A model generated the notes under the pieces. The model searched no databases, had not been told where the DNA came from, and saw only the letters and a program-made list of their open reading frames with translations. Below, piece by piece: positions 1 to 12,920 of a stretch of DNA of 64,000 bases. A program made the position numbers and the translations under genes. This stretch comes from Octopus vulgaris (taxonomy: Eukaryota). Within the stretch, counting starts at the first letter, position 1. The number at the start of each line of letters is the position of its first letter. The stretch is taken from NCBI GenBank assembly GCA_951406725.2, contig OX597832.1:28520001-28584000 (forward strand). The letters run 5' to 3'.

Positions 1-94
1 CATTCTCTTTTTGCTGAACCGCTAAGTGACAGGGACGTAAACACACCAGCATCGGTTGTCAAGCAATGCTAGGGAGACAAACACAGACACACAA

Positions 95-135
<41 letters not shown>

Positions 136-578
136 CATATATACGACAGGCTTCTTTCAGTTTCCGTCTACCAAATCCACTCACAAGGCATTGGTCTGCC
201 CGGGGCTATAGCAGAAGACGCCCAAGATGCCATGCAGTGGGACTGAACCTGGAATTATGGGGTTGGTTAGCAAGCTACTTACCACACAGCCACACCTGCG
301 CCCATATGTACATTTGGGCCCTATATACCTTGTACCATAAGACCCTTAATGCTCCATTGTATCTTTGGGCCCTTAATGCCCAACCCTTGCCAGCATGGAA
401 AATAGAGATTAAATGGTGATTCTGATGATGATGATGTATCGTTAGCCCTTTTGTGCATCACGTACCGTAGGGCCCATATTTTCCATGTATATCTTTGGGC
501 CCTTAATACTTGATATATATCTTTCTTCCTGCAATTCTGGTTTCTCTCCTACATCTTCACTCTCCCCATTCTTGTCAG

Positions 579-742
579 GTTTTACCGATGTCCCCAACAG
601 CTGCGTGATGGCTTTGATCCATAACAATTCTTTGACTGAGAAGGTTTCTGCTGGAGACAAGTGTGCTATTCTTTTAAACAGGACATCTTTCTATGCTGAA
701 GCTGGGGGTCAACAGTCTGACCTGGGTCACATTGTTGCAAAG
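579..742 (+). CDS. AARS2: AlaRS exon (FYAEAGGQ motif)
   Basis: ttgtcag|GT...GCAAAG|gtaaaa; GFTDVPNSCVMALIHNNSLTEKVSAGDKCAILLNRTSFYAEAGGQQSDLGHIVAK. Confidence 0.9.
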
Positions 743-856
743 GTAAAATATTTATTTTACATTTCTGCTCCCTTTCTTTCCCCTTTTAATAAAACAAATA
801 ATGCTTGATGATGGGATGTATAAGCATAAGAGTCATCACCCAAGTTGTATAAACTG

Positions 857-892
<36 letters not shown>

Positions 893-950
893 TAGCAGAG
901 ATACTCGGCGTTGCCCGGTTACATTCAATTGAAGAATTAGACTTTTCTGT

Positions 951-983
<33 letters not shown>

Positions 984-986
984 ATC

Positions 987-1023
<37 letters not shown>

Positions 1024-2330
1024 GTATATTAATATAAATACATGAAAGTACATAAAGTTTGTTAAAAAAAAGGGGATCATGTATATACCTCCTGGCTGTT
1101 GAGATTATAACACCTCATAAACAATGTTCCTTGTTTTTCCTTGTGGAGCATATACAAAAAGGTTTCTTTTGGTTCCTACGCTTGAGCAGCCAACATACAG
1201 TTGCCCATGCGAGAAGCAGGGCTCTTCCAAGAGAAGACCAGCTACAGAGAGGGCTTGACCCTGAGATTTGTTAATGGACATGGCAAAGCTGACACAAAGG
1301 GGAATTGCAGTCTTCTGAATGTAAATGGAATTTCTGCTCCTGATGGAGTAAGAGGAATTCTTGGAATGAAGACGTCATCACCTTTTCCACATCTAGAAAG
1401 AATGATTGCCTCGATAACGTGTGACATCATTTTCTTTATCACCAGTCGTGTTCCATTGCAAAGTCTTGGTGGTTCCAGATTGCGGAGTAGCATTACAGGA
1501 GTTCCAACTTTAAGTGCTAATATGTGTGGAGGTAGTCCAGGAGGCTCCAGTGAATTGGGAAATTCAGGAGGATAGTTCACAACTTCATTTATATCTGGAA
1601 TTGTATCAACAGACTTGTAAGTGTGTATAGTGCCGGGAAGAGAATGCATTAGCTGTTGATTAATTTTGTTAACAGCGACGTTTTTTGGAGCTAATATTGC
1701 TCTTTCACTCAGCCTATTGTGATTTTGGTTGTTTTGTGTGAAGTTGGGAAAGACTTTGTTTTTGAGGTCATCTACAGAATTAATGACAGAGGAAAATGAC
1801 CACACTTCCATTTGTCCTGCAGCATCGAGAGGCATCTTGCCTTCACCAAGTGTCAAAATGTCCTGTGCAAACTAGAAAGAGTTTGCCTGAAATCACCTGA
1901 CAACAGAAGCGTTACACCTCCCATTGGAGCCTGACAGTCTTGGATGTCTTTCAGCTCCCTTGTGAGCCATAGCACTCATCCCAGACAATTAGATGACACA
2001 TTTTCAGTACTTGTCCCTGATTGAAAGTCTTCGACAGGGGTGGGCAGTATCCATCTATTATCAATATCGTGCTGTCCGATAGTTGCTGTGAAACCTCCGT
2101 CTTCTGGTTTTCTGCATCTGTATGATGGATACCCATCAGCACCTGTCTGAGTTTCTTGTAGGAACCTCCTTGGAAATCTTGTATTCCTGATCACCACTAC
2201 CCACTGCCGGAGCCTCGTGGAGCTTTAGGTGTTTTCGCTCAATAAACACTCACATCGCCCAGTCCGGGAATCGAAACTGCGATCCTACGACTGCAAGTCC
2301 GCTGCCCTAACCACTGGGCCATTGCGCCTC

Positions 2331-2373
<43 letters not shown>

Positions 2374-5300
2374 TCTTTTACTTGTTTCAGTCATGTGACT
2401 GCAGCCATGGTGGAGCACTGCCTTTAGTCGAGCAAATCAACCCCAGGACTTATTCTTTGCAATCCTGGTACTTATTCTATCGGTCTCTTAACCTAGGGTT
2501 AAGCAACACACTGTTTACTACATGTGACCCTACTGCCACGCCCACCACCACTATACTCTCAGATTACTCCCCACCCCTAACTCACCTCTGTTTTTACTAT
2601 TTACAGAAGACAGGTGCGAAGTTCCAGGTAACCAGTGTACAACAGATGCAGAATTATGTACTGCACTTTGGCCAGGTGCAAGAAGGCAGTTTCATGAAGC
2701 AGGATTTGGTGAGCTTACAACTGGAACAGGTAGGAGCTTTGCACCACCACCACCATCACCACCCTTAGCATCATTATCACCATCATCACCACCACCACCA
2801 CCACCATCACAACCATCATCACTACTTCTATCTTCTTCACTACGACTAACATTGTCATCATCATCACCACCAACATCACCACCACCACCATCATCACTAC
2901 CACCAACACCATCCCCTCCATCAACCTCAATACCACTACCACTGCTACCTTCATCCTCACCATCATCACCACCATCAACCTCACCACTACCACCATCATC
3001 ACTACCACCAACACCATCCCCCCATCATCATCACCATCATCCTCAATACCACTACCACTGCTACCTTCATCCTCACCAACATCACCACCATCAACCTCAC
3101 CACTACCAGCATCATCACTACCACCAACACCATCCCCCCATCATCATCACCATCATCCTCAATACCACTACCACTGCTACCTTCATCCTCACCAACATCA
3201 CCACCATCAACCTCACCACTACCAGCATCATCACTACCACCAACACCATCACCCCATCATCATCACCATCATCCTCAATACCACTACCACTGCTACCTTC
3301 ATCCTCACCAACATCACCACCATCAACCTCACCACTACCAGCATCATCACTACCACCAACACCATCACCCCATCATCATCACCATCATCCTCAATACCAC
3401 TACCACTGCTACCTTCATCCTCACCAACATCACCACCATCAACCTCACCACTACCAGCATCATCACTACCACCAACACCATCCCCCCATCATCATCACCA
3501 TCATCCTCAATACCACTACCACTGCTACCTTCATCCTCACCAACATCACCACCATCAACCTCACCACTACCAGCATCATCACTACCACCAACACCATCCC
3601 CCCATCATCATCACCATCATCCTCAATACCACTACCACTGCTACCTTCATCCACCATCAACCTCACCACTACCAGCATCATCACTACCCCCCCCCCCATC
3701 ATCATCTTCATCCTCAATACCACTACCACTGCTACCTTCATCCTCACCATCAACCTCACCACTACCAGCATCATCGCTACCACCAACACCATCCCCCCAT
3801 CATCATCATCATCATCCTCAATACCACTACCACTGCTACCTTCATCCTCACCAACATCACTAGGGCCATCATCATCACTTCCCAACCTTATACAAAGTCC
3901 CTGCAGACCATGCTTTGCCGATAAGCTTCATATTTCTGTCTCTTTTGTGTAATTGTAGGATGTGAGACGTGGCTGTATGTGCAACCACACGGCCACACAT
4001 TTATTGAACTCTGCCTTGCAACAAATCCTTTCTTCTCAAGTTCGACAACTTGGTTCCTCTGTCACGGAACACAAATTCACGTTCGATTTCTCCTGTCTGG
4101 TAGGTCCACTCTCTCCACACTACTACTACCACCACCACCACCACCATCACCACTACTACTACAACTTCTACAACAACAACTACTACAACAACAACTACTA
4201 TAACAACAACAACTACTACTACTATAACTCCTACTACAACAACAACTACTACTACTATAACTCCTACTACAACAACAACTACTACTACTACTACAACGAC
4301 AACAACTACTACTACTACTACAACTCCTACTACTACTACGTGTCAGACAGACACACATTTACAGGCAAATGCATACACACACACATGAACACACATACAT
4401 GCACAGACCTACAGATATATGCCTATACGGATGCACAAACACATACACACACACACACTCACAAACACACACACACACACAGATACAGACGCACACACAT
4501 GCACACACACACAGATATATAAGTAAAATGTGTGAATGATTTGTGTTCCAGGAAGAGATGTCTGCTGAGAAGTTAGGCACCATCGAGGAAATGGTTCAGT
4601 CTGTGATCAGGCATCGGCTGCCAGTCTACAGACAAGAACTTAAAAAGACGGAAGTTATGGCACTGGACTGTGTCACCCACAACCCCAACGAGGTAGGTCA
4701 CATTTGGATTGCTTTCATTGGTCAGTCAACTTCATTGGTTGGTGTTGTTTAAGCCACTGGTCAACCCTGGGACATATCGACAAAAGTATTCCTTCCATGA
4801 GGATTCCCTTTGTGTGTGTGTGTGTGTGTTTGTCTAGCTGGGGCTGTGTGTGTGTGTCCTCCTTTTTTTAAAGATAGAAGTGTGTAACTTGAAGGAGATC
4901 TGCTGATTGGTATTTCTTGATTAATGGAGACATTACATCATTAGAAAAAAACTGTTTCCATCAGATGAATATATGATGGGCTTCTTTCAGTTTCCATCTA
5001 TCAAATCCACTCACAAGGCTTTGGTTGGCTCGAGGCTACAGTAGAAGACACTTGCCCAAGGTGTCATGAAATGGGACTGAACTTGGAGCCATGTGGTTGG
5101 GAAGCAACCTTCTTATCATGCACCCACTCCTGCATATACACACACATGACAGGCTTCTTTCAGTTTCTGTCTACCAAATCCACTCATGAGGCTACAGAAG
5201 AAGAAACTTGCCCAAGGTATCACACATTGGGATTGAACCCACACCCATGTGGATGAGAAACAAACTTCTTAACCACACAGCCGCACCACAATTTTTCTCC

Positions 5301-8300
5301 GGTTTAACATGTCTAAAACCCTCCCACTTCTGTGTCTCGGCCTTCATATATAATAATTTCTCTATTTCAGATTTACCCTGACTATGTCTCCCTAATCAGT
5401 GTGGGGCTACCCATCAATGAACTGAGGTCAGTTCCGCCCTCTGAACAATCTAAATATTCCCAGGAACTCTGTACCGGCACGTGAGTCAAACAGTTTCAAT
5501 TTCCATTCCTTGTTTACCCACGAAGGCTACGGGCCCGTCCTTTACCCACTGCTAAACAGTAGTCTCCCCTCCACCCATTTCGGTCAAAGGGGTTCTACTA
5601 TTTCACCCGCACAAACAGCAAAATAATATACCCTATAAAGGAGTACTCAATATTGTTTTCTACTCTAGGCACAAGGCCCGAAATTTTGGGGCATTAGATT
5701 AATTAGATCAACACCAGTACATGACTGGTATTTATCGACCCTGAAAGAATGAAAGGCAAAGTTGACCTCGGCAGAATTTGATATTGTTGTTGTGTAACCC
5801 CAGGTCTGCTGTGATCAAGTGGACCTATGATCAAATGTATCCCATCCATGACTATCCTGTCTTTTTAGCTGTGTGTCTACAACATTATTTGACCCTTTAG
5901 CATTTCAGTATGTTTGTTGTCATTAATATTATTGGGCTGGCAGAATCGTTAGCATGCCAGGCGAAATTCTTAGTGTTCTGAGCTCAAATTCCTCCGAGAT
6001 CAACTTTGCTTTTCATCATTTTGGGGTTGATAAAAGAAGGACCAGTTGAATATTGGGGTAATGGAAAGTGGACGTTAAACGATGATGATGATGATGATGA
6101 TAGCAATACAGATGGAACATTAAATTATCTATAACAAAGATATTAAAAATGTTATGCAAGAAATACTTAATTTTAATATTTCGGGTGAAGAACTCCTTTT
6201 CAAATGTCTTAAAGCAAAAGCGTTTTTAACATTAAATATCGGGTCTAACTAAATATTTGCAGGATAACCTTTCAGTATGTTTGTTGTCATTAATATTAAT
6301 ATTAATGGGCTGGCAGAATCGTTAGCATGCCAGGCGAAATTCTTAGTCTTCTGAGCTCAAATTCCTCCGAGATCAACTTTGCTTTTTATCATTTTGGGGT
6401 TGATAAAAGAAGGACCAGTTGAGTATTGGGGTCAATTTAATCGACAATCCTTCACAAATTTCAGGCCTTGTGCCTCTAGTAGAAAAGATTATTCTTGATG
6501 TTAAGCTGCCTTGCTTTCGCCTTCTTGAAACCCGCTGGTTTTCAACAGAAATTCTGACAGGTAGCTCTCTTTGTTATTCTCTCATTTTCTTTCTGTCCCT
6601 TTACATTTCCTCCATTCTCGTTTTCACAGACATGTCCACAACACGAGTGATATCGGCCAGTTTATCATCACCAACTTCTCTGGTGTATCACACAGCACTA
6701 AGCGAATGACATGCATTACAGGAAGACTGGCTGCTGATGTGAGTAAACGATTTACTGTCTTCTGTAATGAAATATTTGAGGAGAGCAGTGGGTGGTGGTC
6801 GATGTTGGATTGGATCAGAGCAAAGAAATATTTAATTGTCTGGAAAGATTTTTTTGAAATTCTTGATATTTTTGTTCACACCATACAAATAATTATGTTA
6901 ATATTAATGTATTTAATTTAGTAAAACATCAAAAATCTAATTAGAAATGATTATGTAGTTATGGAAAATCTATGAAGCTCAATGAATAATATTGAATCCA
7001 TTTCAGGAATTAGGGGAGATAACTCTGATATGTTTCAATCTTATTAGAACTTTTCAGCTATGTATAGACATTGTTGTATTTACTGAAATACCAGTAAGTG
7101 ACTCACTAATTAGATGTATAATATTATTCATAAGAAGGTGTGGAAAATTTGCATATTTAATTTAATAATATTACTAAGGTACTAATTACTTAGAGATGAC
7201 ATCTGTATGGAAAAAGAATAGTTAAGTTAAGCTCTATTAGAGATAAGAAGTTACTGATCTAAGTATTTTGCAGAATTTATGAGGACAAGAAAATTTCACC
7301 TTGGGATGCTTTTTGCCAGAGATGTTGGTGGTTAAAATTTTGAGAATGGTTATATTTTGGTACCTGACTGGAGGTCACTCATTTAAAGTGTACTGTATCT
7401 CTTAGACCATTCCTTATGTGGTTCTTTGTGACACCTCTTTGGAGTTGGATGTGTTTGTTGGCCAGCATGAAGTCATGCGAAGCATTTATGGTGCATTGGT
7501 ACCCTTTAACAATAATTTGTTTGTGATCAAGGGCATAAAACGCTTGAGTTATTTTGTTTCTTTTTGTAGGCCATCAAGAACTTGTCTGAAATCGAGAAAC
7601 TATTCGAACAGTTAAAGATGTCTCTTGTAAAGAAAGAAGATGGAGACAGTTTGGAGCGGCAGTTAAAGGCGATCTATGCAGTAAGTTTGTGTTTGTGGTA
7701 CCCTAGATCCCAAGGTAGACCTGCAACATAGGAGACAATTATTGCAGTCTACAAACTTTATCGTAGATAATAGCATTTGGTTTGGTTCTTGTGATATCGC
7801 CATCATTGTTATCCATACATGCACGCTTGTCGTTTACAGGTGCTGGTGCCACATAAAATGCATTCGGGTCGGTGATGCGTAAATGCACCTGTGCTGACGG
7901 CACGTAAATAGCACCCAACTCACTCTGTTAAGTGGTTGGTATTAGGAAGGGCATCCAGTTGTGGAAACCATGCTACAATGGCCAGTTGGAGTCTGGACAG
8001 TTCCCTAGCTGGCCTTCTCCTATCAAACCGTCCAACCCATGCCAGCATGGAAAACGGATGTTAAACGATGGTGATGATGAGAAGTAATCTATGGAACCTT
8101 TTTCTTACCATATTTCTCTAGAAATAAAGGTGGAAGACTGGCAGAAACGTTAGCACGCTGGGTGAAATGCTTAGCAGTATTTCATCTGTCTTTATGTTCT
8201 GAGTTCAAATTCCGCAATGGTCAACTTTGCCTTTCATCCTTTCAGGGTCCATAAATTAAGTACCAGTTGTGCGCTGGGGTCGATCTAATCGACTGGCTCC

Positions 8301-8548
8301 CTTACCAACAATTTCGAGCCTTGTGCCTACATAAAATTATCTGATGACAGGTTTTAATCTAAATATATAAAGAGCAAGCTATCATCTGCAAAAGAGAATG
8401 GCTTGGCAATTTGTACCATGCTTTCACAAATTGTTTTAGCGGCCTGTGTAGTCATGAGGAAACATTTACTCAGTGGAACATTGATAGTGTGACAGCTTGG
8501 AGGAAGAAGAGAGAGAGAAAGAGAGAAGGTGTATATGTGAAAGCGAGA

Positions 8549-8579
<31 letters not shown>

Positions 8580-11500
8580 GAAAAGGAAGACAGAGAACGA
8601 AAAGAGTGTATGTGTGTGAGAGAGAGGGAGAGAGCTGCACTATCGTTAAGCTGAGTTAAAGAAGCAACATGAAACGAAATGCGTTGTTGAAGGGCACACT
8701 GTGCCTCCTGGCTGAGGAGTTGAAAACACGACGTTATGATCACGAGGTTAACGCCCTCACCACAAAGCCACGCACCCTCATGCACCTTCACAGAATCTGA
8801 ATATACAAATATTAAAACGGACAGTTTTCTGCGAGAACCTGAGGTGGTCCCTGGTGTGTTTGTATTAAAAACAAATTGATTTTCTTCGTTTAAGTTTTTA
8901 AAATGTTTATTATTTAAGTTGTACCCTTGGGTTGTTACAGGAACCATTTCTTTTACTCAAGATCTTCGAAAACTTGGAAATTATGCGATTTTGTTGGAAG
9001 TAAGTCAGTTGATAAGAATAATAGTTATCTCCCTTCAACTTGTGCGGTTTCACACACACACACAACACACACACACACACTGTGTCTGTGTCTCTCTTTC
9101 TCTGATTATCACGTCTCTATTTATAATAGACACAGGCGTGTGGGTAATTAAGGAGTTCATTTCCCAACTGCAAGGTTTTAGTTTCAGTCCCAACCTGTGC
9201 CAACTGGGCAAGCGTCTTTTACTAAAGCCTTGTATCAACCAAAGCCTTCTGAGTTGATTTGGTAGACGGAAACTGAAAGAAGCTCGTCATATTTGTATAT
9301 ACGTGTGCTTGTGTACGTGAGTAAGAATGGAGAGAGAGAGAGAGAGAAGTGTATATAATACACAAATTACATTCACCTAGATTGTATCTTTTTGTTTAAT
9401 CATCTTCTAAAATGAATGAATCGATGGTTTTTACCCCCAGATGTTGGGTAAACAACTCCTACCCAAGGTGAGTCGTGACAGGCTAAAGACCAACGTCACT
9501 TTATTACAAGAGAAAATCCGACAGATAAGGAATGCAGATGCCAGTTCGAATCTTGCTATGGTGAGTTCAGGTTTGATATTTTGTGTGTGTGTATGTGTGT
9601 GTTTCGTTTGATACTTTATATACAAAGGGCAAAGAACCCCCTTCGGTCATGAATGACCATGGGTTTGCACCTACAAAGTTACCATCCGAGGCACAAGTCC
9701 CGGGCAAGGTTGTTTATGGAAGACCAGCAGTCGCCCATGCATTGCAGCTTCTCCTCTCCACGCCACTGATGTTATCCAAGGGAAAGGCAGAAGGGGCCGA
9801 TACAGCTTGGCACCAGTGACGTTGCAACTCGTTTCTACAGCTGAGTGAACTGGAGCAACATAAAAATAAAGTGTCTTGCTCAAGAACACAACACACAGTC
9901 CATCTGAGAATTGAACTCACTACCTTATGATTGTGAGTCTGATGCTATAACCACTAAGCCGTGCACCTTAAACTGTATATAAATACTGTATTCAATGTAC
10001 GTCATGTATTGTGCATCTAATATTATGGAATCTCTTGTCTCCTGGCACAAAACCACCACCCTCAATATTACACCTCTCTCCATCTCAGGTGAGGGGTCTT
10101 GTCTTGGACGTTACTTGGTGACCTCTTTGGTGCCAGTGCCATGTAAAAGACCCCCAATATACTCCCTGTAAAATGGTTTGCCATAGAAAGGGCATTCAGC
10201 TGTAGAAACTACGCCAAAGCAGACACTGGAACTTCACACAGTTCTCTGGCTTGCCGGCTCCTGTTACACCATCAAACCCTTACCAGCAGGGATCAAATGG
10301 TAAATGCTGATGATGATGAGGAGGAGAAGAATGGTAATGTATGAATTAGAGACTGCTTAGGCATCACTCGCAAACGAGTATGACTTTGTGTCTTTTATTG
10401 CACTTTTGCTGTATTTTTTTTTTAGCTGTTTATGTATTTGTGGGCCGATGTAGGCACCATCTTGGCCTTTCCATTCTTCACACTGGAGAACTCTGAAGAT
10501 GTGATGGCTGGATGGGAGAGAAAGAGCGGCACAGACAATCAGCTGCCCCCCCCCCCCCTCCCACTTACGGCTGAGTAGAGTGGAGCAAGCAATGTGCAAT
10601 TGAAGAATATGTGATGTCTGATAGAACGTGTGGGGTTTGGATGAATGGTGGTGCATAATAGATGACATGTAAGGTTTGATCCAACTGTTTGATACACAAT
10701 AGAAGATGTGTGAGGTATGATGGAAGATGCATGATTCCACAGGTGTGTGATACGTAATAGGAGTTATCTCATGTTGGTTCCTAATGTTTGTTTTTCAGGC
10801 CATGAAGAAGAAACTGGATGAGAAAGGGTCAGCCCAGTATGTTATATGTCACACTGACTTTGATGGACCTCGGCAGGTAAGATCTTTAATTTAGCTCTTC
10901 ACACCTTGATTCCTGATTGAGTTTATCAAATCCACTCACACAGCTTTGGTTGGCTGGCCAACCAAAATCATGTGGTTGGGAAGCAAGTTTCTTACCCCAG
11001 AGCCACACCTACGCCTATATATATATATATATATATATATTACATGACCACGTGACTGACCAGGCTATCAGATGTTATTGCACATCGTTGGTCACAATGC
11101 ACATTTGCATTGTTTTATCCTTCAAATGATGCCACCTTGCTGGCTAGGTGAGCAGGCCAGCATTCCCCGCCTGGCATTCCATATGGCCAATAGGTATCAG
11201 ACCTTCTGTGAGCTCCAGCTATGATAGTTCGGTGCTTTATCCAGGAGGGAATGGCCTCTCCTCAGCATTGTACCATAGAAATTGGACCTTACAGGGTTTA
11301 TGAAAAGATCAACATTCACTCTTCTCTCTCCACAGGTGAGAAAAGCCCTGAGGCACCTGCATCTTACCTGCCCAATTATAGCAGTTTCTTCTCTCAAACA
11401 AAACCTGTTTGTTGCTGTAGTTACACCAAAGGTAAGTTATCTTCAGTATATTAATTAATGAATTTCTTAATTACTGTATACTTCTGTCTCCCTGTCATAT

Positions 11501-11751
11501 ATTTCTTGTTGACTGCCCCAGGATTTAGTGGACGGGCCACAACAGAGTCTTGGCATAAAAGTATTTTTTTCTTCAAGTTTTTTTTAATCTTATAGAAAAG
11601 GTCTATGTCCGTAGCTGTCTTAGACCTGTGTAGATTAAGGGGTTGGGATAATACGGGTGGGTTAATGCCCCATTTTAAGTGTTGTCAGTGTATATAATAA
11701 ATTATGGGTGTATATTGTGTATTATGTACATATTTATAATGTTTGCATAAA

Positions 11752-11807
<56 letters not shown>

Positions 11808-12229
11808 GTAAGATAGGGGTTATGGGTGTAACCCACTATGGGATATCATATATCCAATATACTGTTATTATCTTATCTTTTGATTTATATAATATTTTTG
11901 TATGCTTTTGATGTTCTCATTTGTAAAATGAATAAATAATCTAACATTATAATATCCGTAAGTTGATGAACAAACCAAATTTGTTTCTCCATTTTCTTAT
12001 TTGTATTATATATATATATATAATGCAGCACAGATTTTTGTCAGTGAACAGGTCGCGGTCTTAAAGCGCCGAAAATATTTTGACAAATTAAACTTAAATG
12101 TGGAAGTGAGTCGAACGGTTTTTGTGTGTTTCTTAAATGGCTTACAAACACCTTCCACGCTGCAATTGCTTTCGTTCCAGCACACGATTTCAGATCAAAT
12201 CACTTGCTATGCAAGTACATCTCCATAAT

Positions 12230-12260
<31 letters not shown>

Positions 12261-12920
12261 CAAATATAAATTAAAAACAGAACACAAAGTATATCACGGT
12301 ACACGTGTTTCAAGCTTTATAAACAATCCGTTCTTACATCAGTGTATTATTGATATAAAAGATGGTTTAAAGCTCTCTTCAGCCGCAAACATTGTTAGTC
12401 CAAAGATTACATCACGATATAAAAAATATGAAAAGTACATGTAGTAGTACCCATTATAGTAGGTTTATCATATCTCCTTGAAAAAGTATATTTGTATAAA
12501 TGTATAATTGTATAAAGATTCATTGGATTTCAAAAATCTGCCCATACTGTATCACCAATCAGCATAGAATCATATTATAATGGGTAATACTATGTGTACT
12601 TTTTATATTGTAATGTAATCTTTGGACTAACAATGTCTGCGGCTGAAGAGATCTTGTGCCAAAATTTGAAACCATTATCATTGTTGTTGTTGTTGTTGTT
12701 GCAGGACTGGAATAGAGCAGTGAATGCATCTGCCATTGGACAACACCTGGGCCAGGTGTGTGGAGGAAAGGGTAAGATCAGCAAAGAGGTGAAACCCGGT
12801 GACCCTCCGATGTATTTCCTCACAATGAAGGGCACCACCGACTTAGAAACTGTCCTGTCTGAAGCTAACAATTACCTACACAACATCACTGTCGAAGGCC
12901 AGGAAGAATCTTTACGCTGA
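579..12920 (+). CDS. AARS2: Alanyl-tRNA synthetase, probably mitochondrial; 3' part only (5' exons lie upstream of the window). Exons 579-742, 2607-2729, 3959-4099, 4552-4692, 5371-5480, 6630-6738, 7570-7680, 9441-9560, 10799-10876, 11336-11431, 12705-12920
   Basis: All exons bounded by AG/GT with compatible phases. Joined translation gives the AlaRS motifs LLNRTSFYAEAGGQQSDLG, NYVLHFG, CMCNHTATHLLNSAL, QLGS, IYPDYVSLISVG, SQELCTGTHV and GGKG, ending at TGA 12918-12920. The mitochondrial call is inferred from the divergent C-terminal domain. Confidence 0.88.
892..2195 (-). mobile_element. Internally deleted Helitron (Rep/Pif1 helicase remnant with intact 3' end)
   Basis: Rep motifs GYPSYRCR and DNRWILP; helicase motifs LIVWDEC, RAILAPKN, LKVGTPVMLLRNLEPPRLCNGTRL, VFIPRIPL and FRRLQFP; subterminal hairpin CCGGGCAACGCCGAG followed by CTAG|T at 895-891. 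Confidence 0.92.
2607..2729 (+). CDS. AARS2: AlaRS exon
   Basis: ttacag|AAG...GAACAG|gtagga; KTGAKFQVTSVQQMQNYVLHFGQVQEGSFMKQDLVSLQLEQ. Confidence 0.9.
2750..3860. repeat. 116-bp minisatellite built from CAC/CAT trinucleotides
   Basis: Marker cctcaatacc recurs at 3041, 3157, 3273, 3389, 3505 and 3621. Confidence 0.95.
3959..4099 (+). CDS. AARS2: AlaRS exon (editing domain HxxxH)
   Basis: ttgtag|GAT...TGTCTG|gtaggt; DVRRGCMCNHTATHLLNSALQQILSSQVRQLGSSVTEHKFTFDFSCL. Confidence 0.93.
4552..4692 (+). CDS. AARS2: AlaRS exon
   Basis: ttccag|GAA...AACGAG|gtaggt; EEMSAEKLGTIEEMVQSVIRHRLPVYRQELKKTEVMALDCVTHNPNE. Confidence 0.88.
5371..5480 (+). CDS. AARS2: AlaRS exon (editing domain CxxxH, first half)
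   Basis: tttcag|ATT...GGCAC|gtgagt; IYPDYVSLISVGLPINELRSVPPSEQSKYSQELCTGT; not in the ORF track. Confidence 0.92.
6630..6738 (+). CDS. AARS2: AlaRS exon
   Basis: ttcacag|A CAT...GCTGAT|gtgagt; HVHNTSDIGQFIITNFSGVSHSTKRMTCITGRLAAD. Confidence 0.9.
7570..7680 (+). CDS. AARS2: AlaRS exon (helical linker)
   Basis: ttttgtag|GCC...TATGCA|gtaagt; AIKNLSEIEKLFEQLKMSLVKKEDGDSLERQLKAIYA. Confidence 0.8.
9441..9560 (+). CDS. AARS2: AlaRS exon (helical linker)
   Basis: acccccag|ATG...GCTATG|gtgagt; MLGKQLLPKVSRDRLKTNVTLLQEKIRQIRNADASSNLAM. Confidence 0.75.
10799..10876 (+). CDS. AARS2: AlaRS exon
   Basis: tttttcag|GCC...CGGCAG|gtaaga; AMKKKLDEKGSAQYVICHTDFDGPRQ. Confidence 0.75.
11336..11431 (+). CDS. 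AARS2: AlaRS exon (C-Ala/DHHA1-like)
   Basis: ctctccacag|GTG...CCAAAG|gtaagt; VRKALRHLHLTCPIIAVSSLKQNLFVAVVTPK. Confidence 0.78.
12294..12388 (-). ncRNA. Type-I hammerhead ribozyme with long stem-loop II
   Basis: UUGCGG CUGAAGA GAGCUUUA...UAAAGCUU GAA ACACGUGU A CCGUGA. Confidence 0.72.
12705..12920 (+). CDS. AARS2: AlaRS last coding exon (C-Ala, GGKG)
   Basis: ttgcag|GAC...TGA; DWNRAVNASAIGQHLGQVCGGKGKISKEVKPGDPPMYFLTMKGTTDLETVLSEANNYLHNITVEGQEESLR*. Confidence 0.82.
   Translation, partial: DWNRAVNASAIGQHLGQVCGGKGKISKEVKPGDPPMYFLTMKGTTDLETVLSEANNYLHNITVEGQEESLR

Noticed and set aside
1242-1856. Host PIF1 helicase gene
   Set aside because: Intronless, frameshifted, adjacent to Rep motifs and ending in a Helitron hairpin plus CTAG, so it is a transposon remnant.
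2852-3952. 366-aa Pro/Ser/His/Thr-rich ORF
   Set aside because: Translation of the 116-bp minisatellite; the frame rotates with each unit and it lies inside an AlaRS intron.
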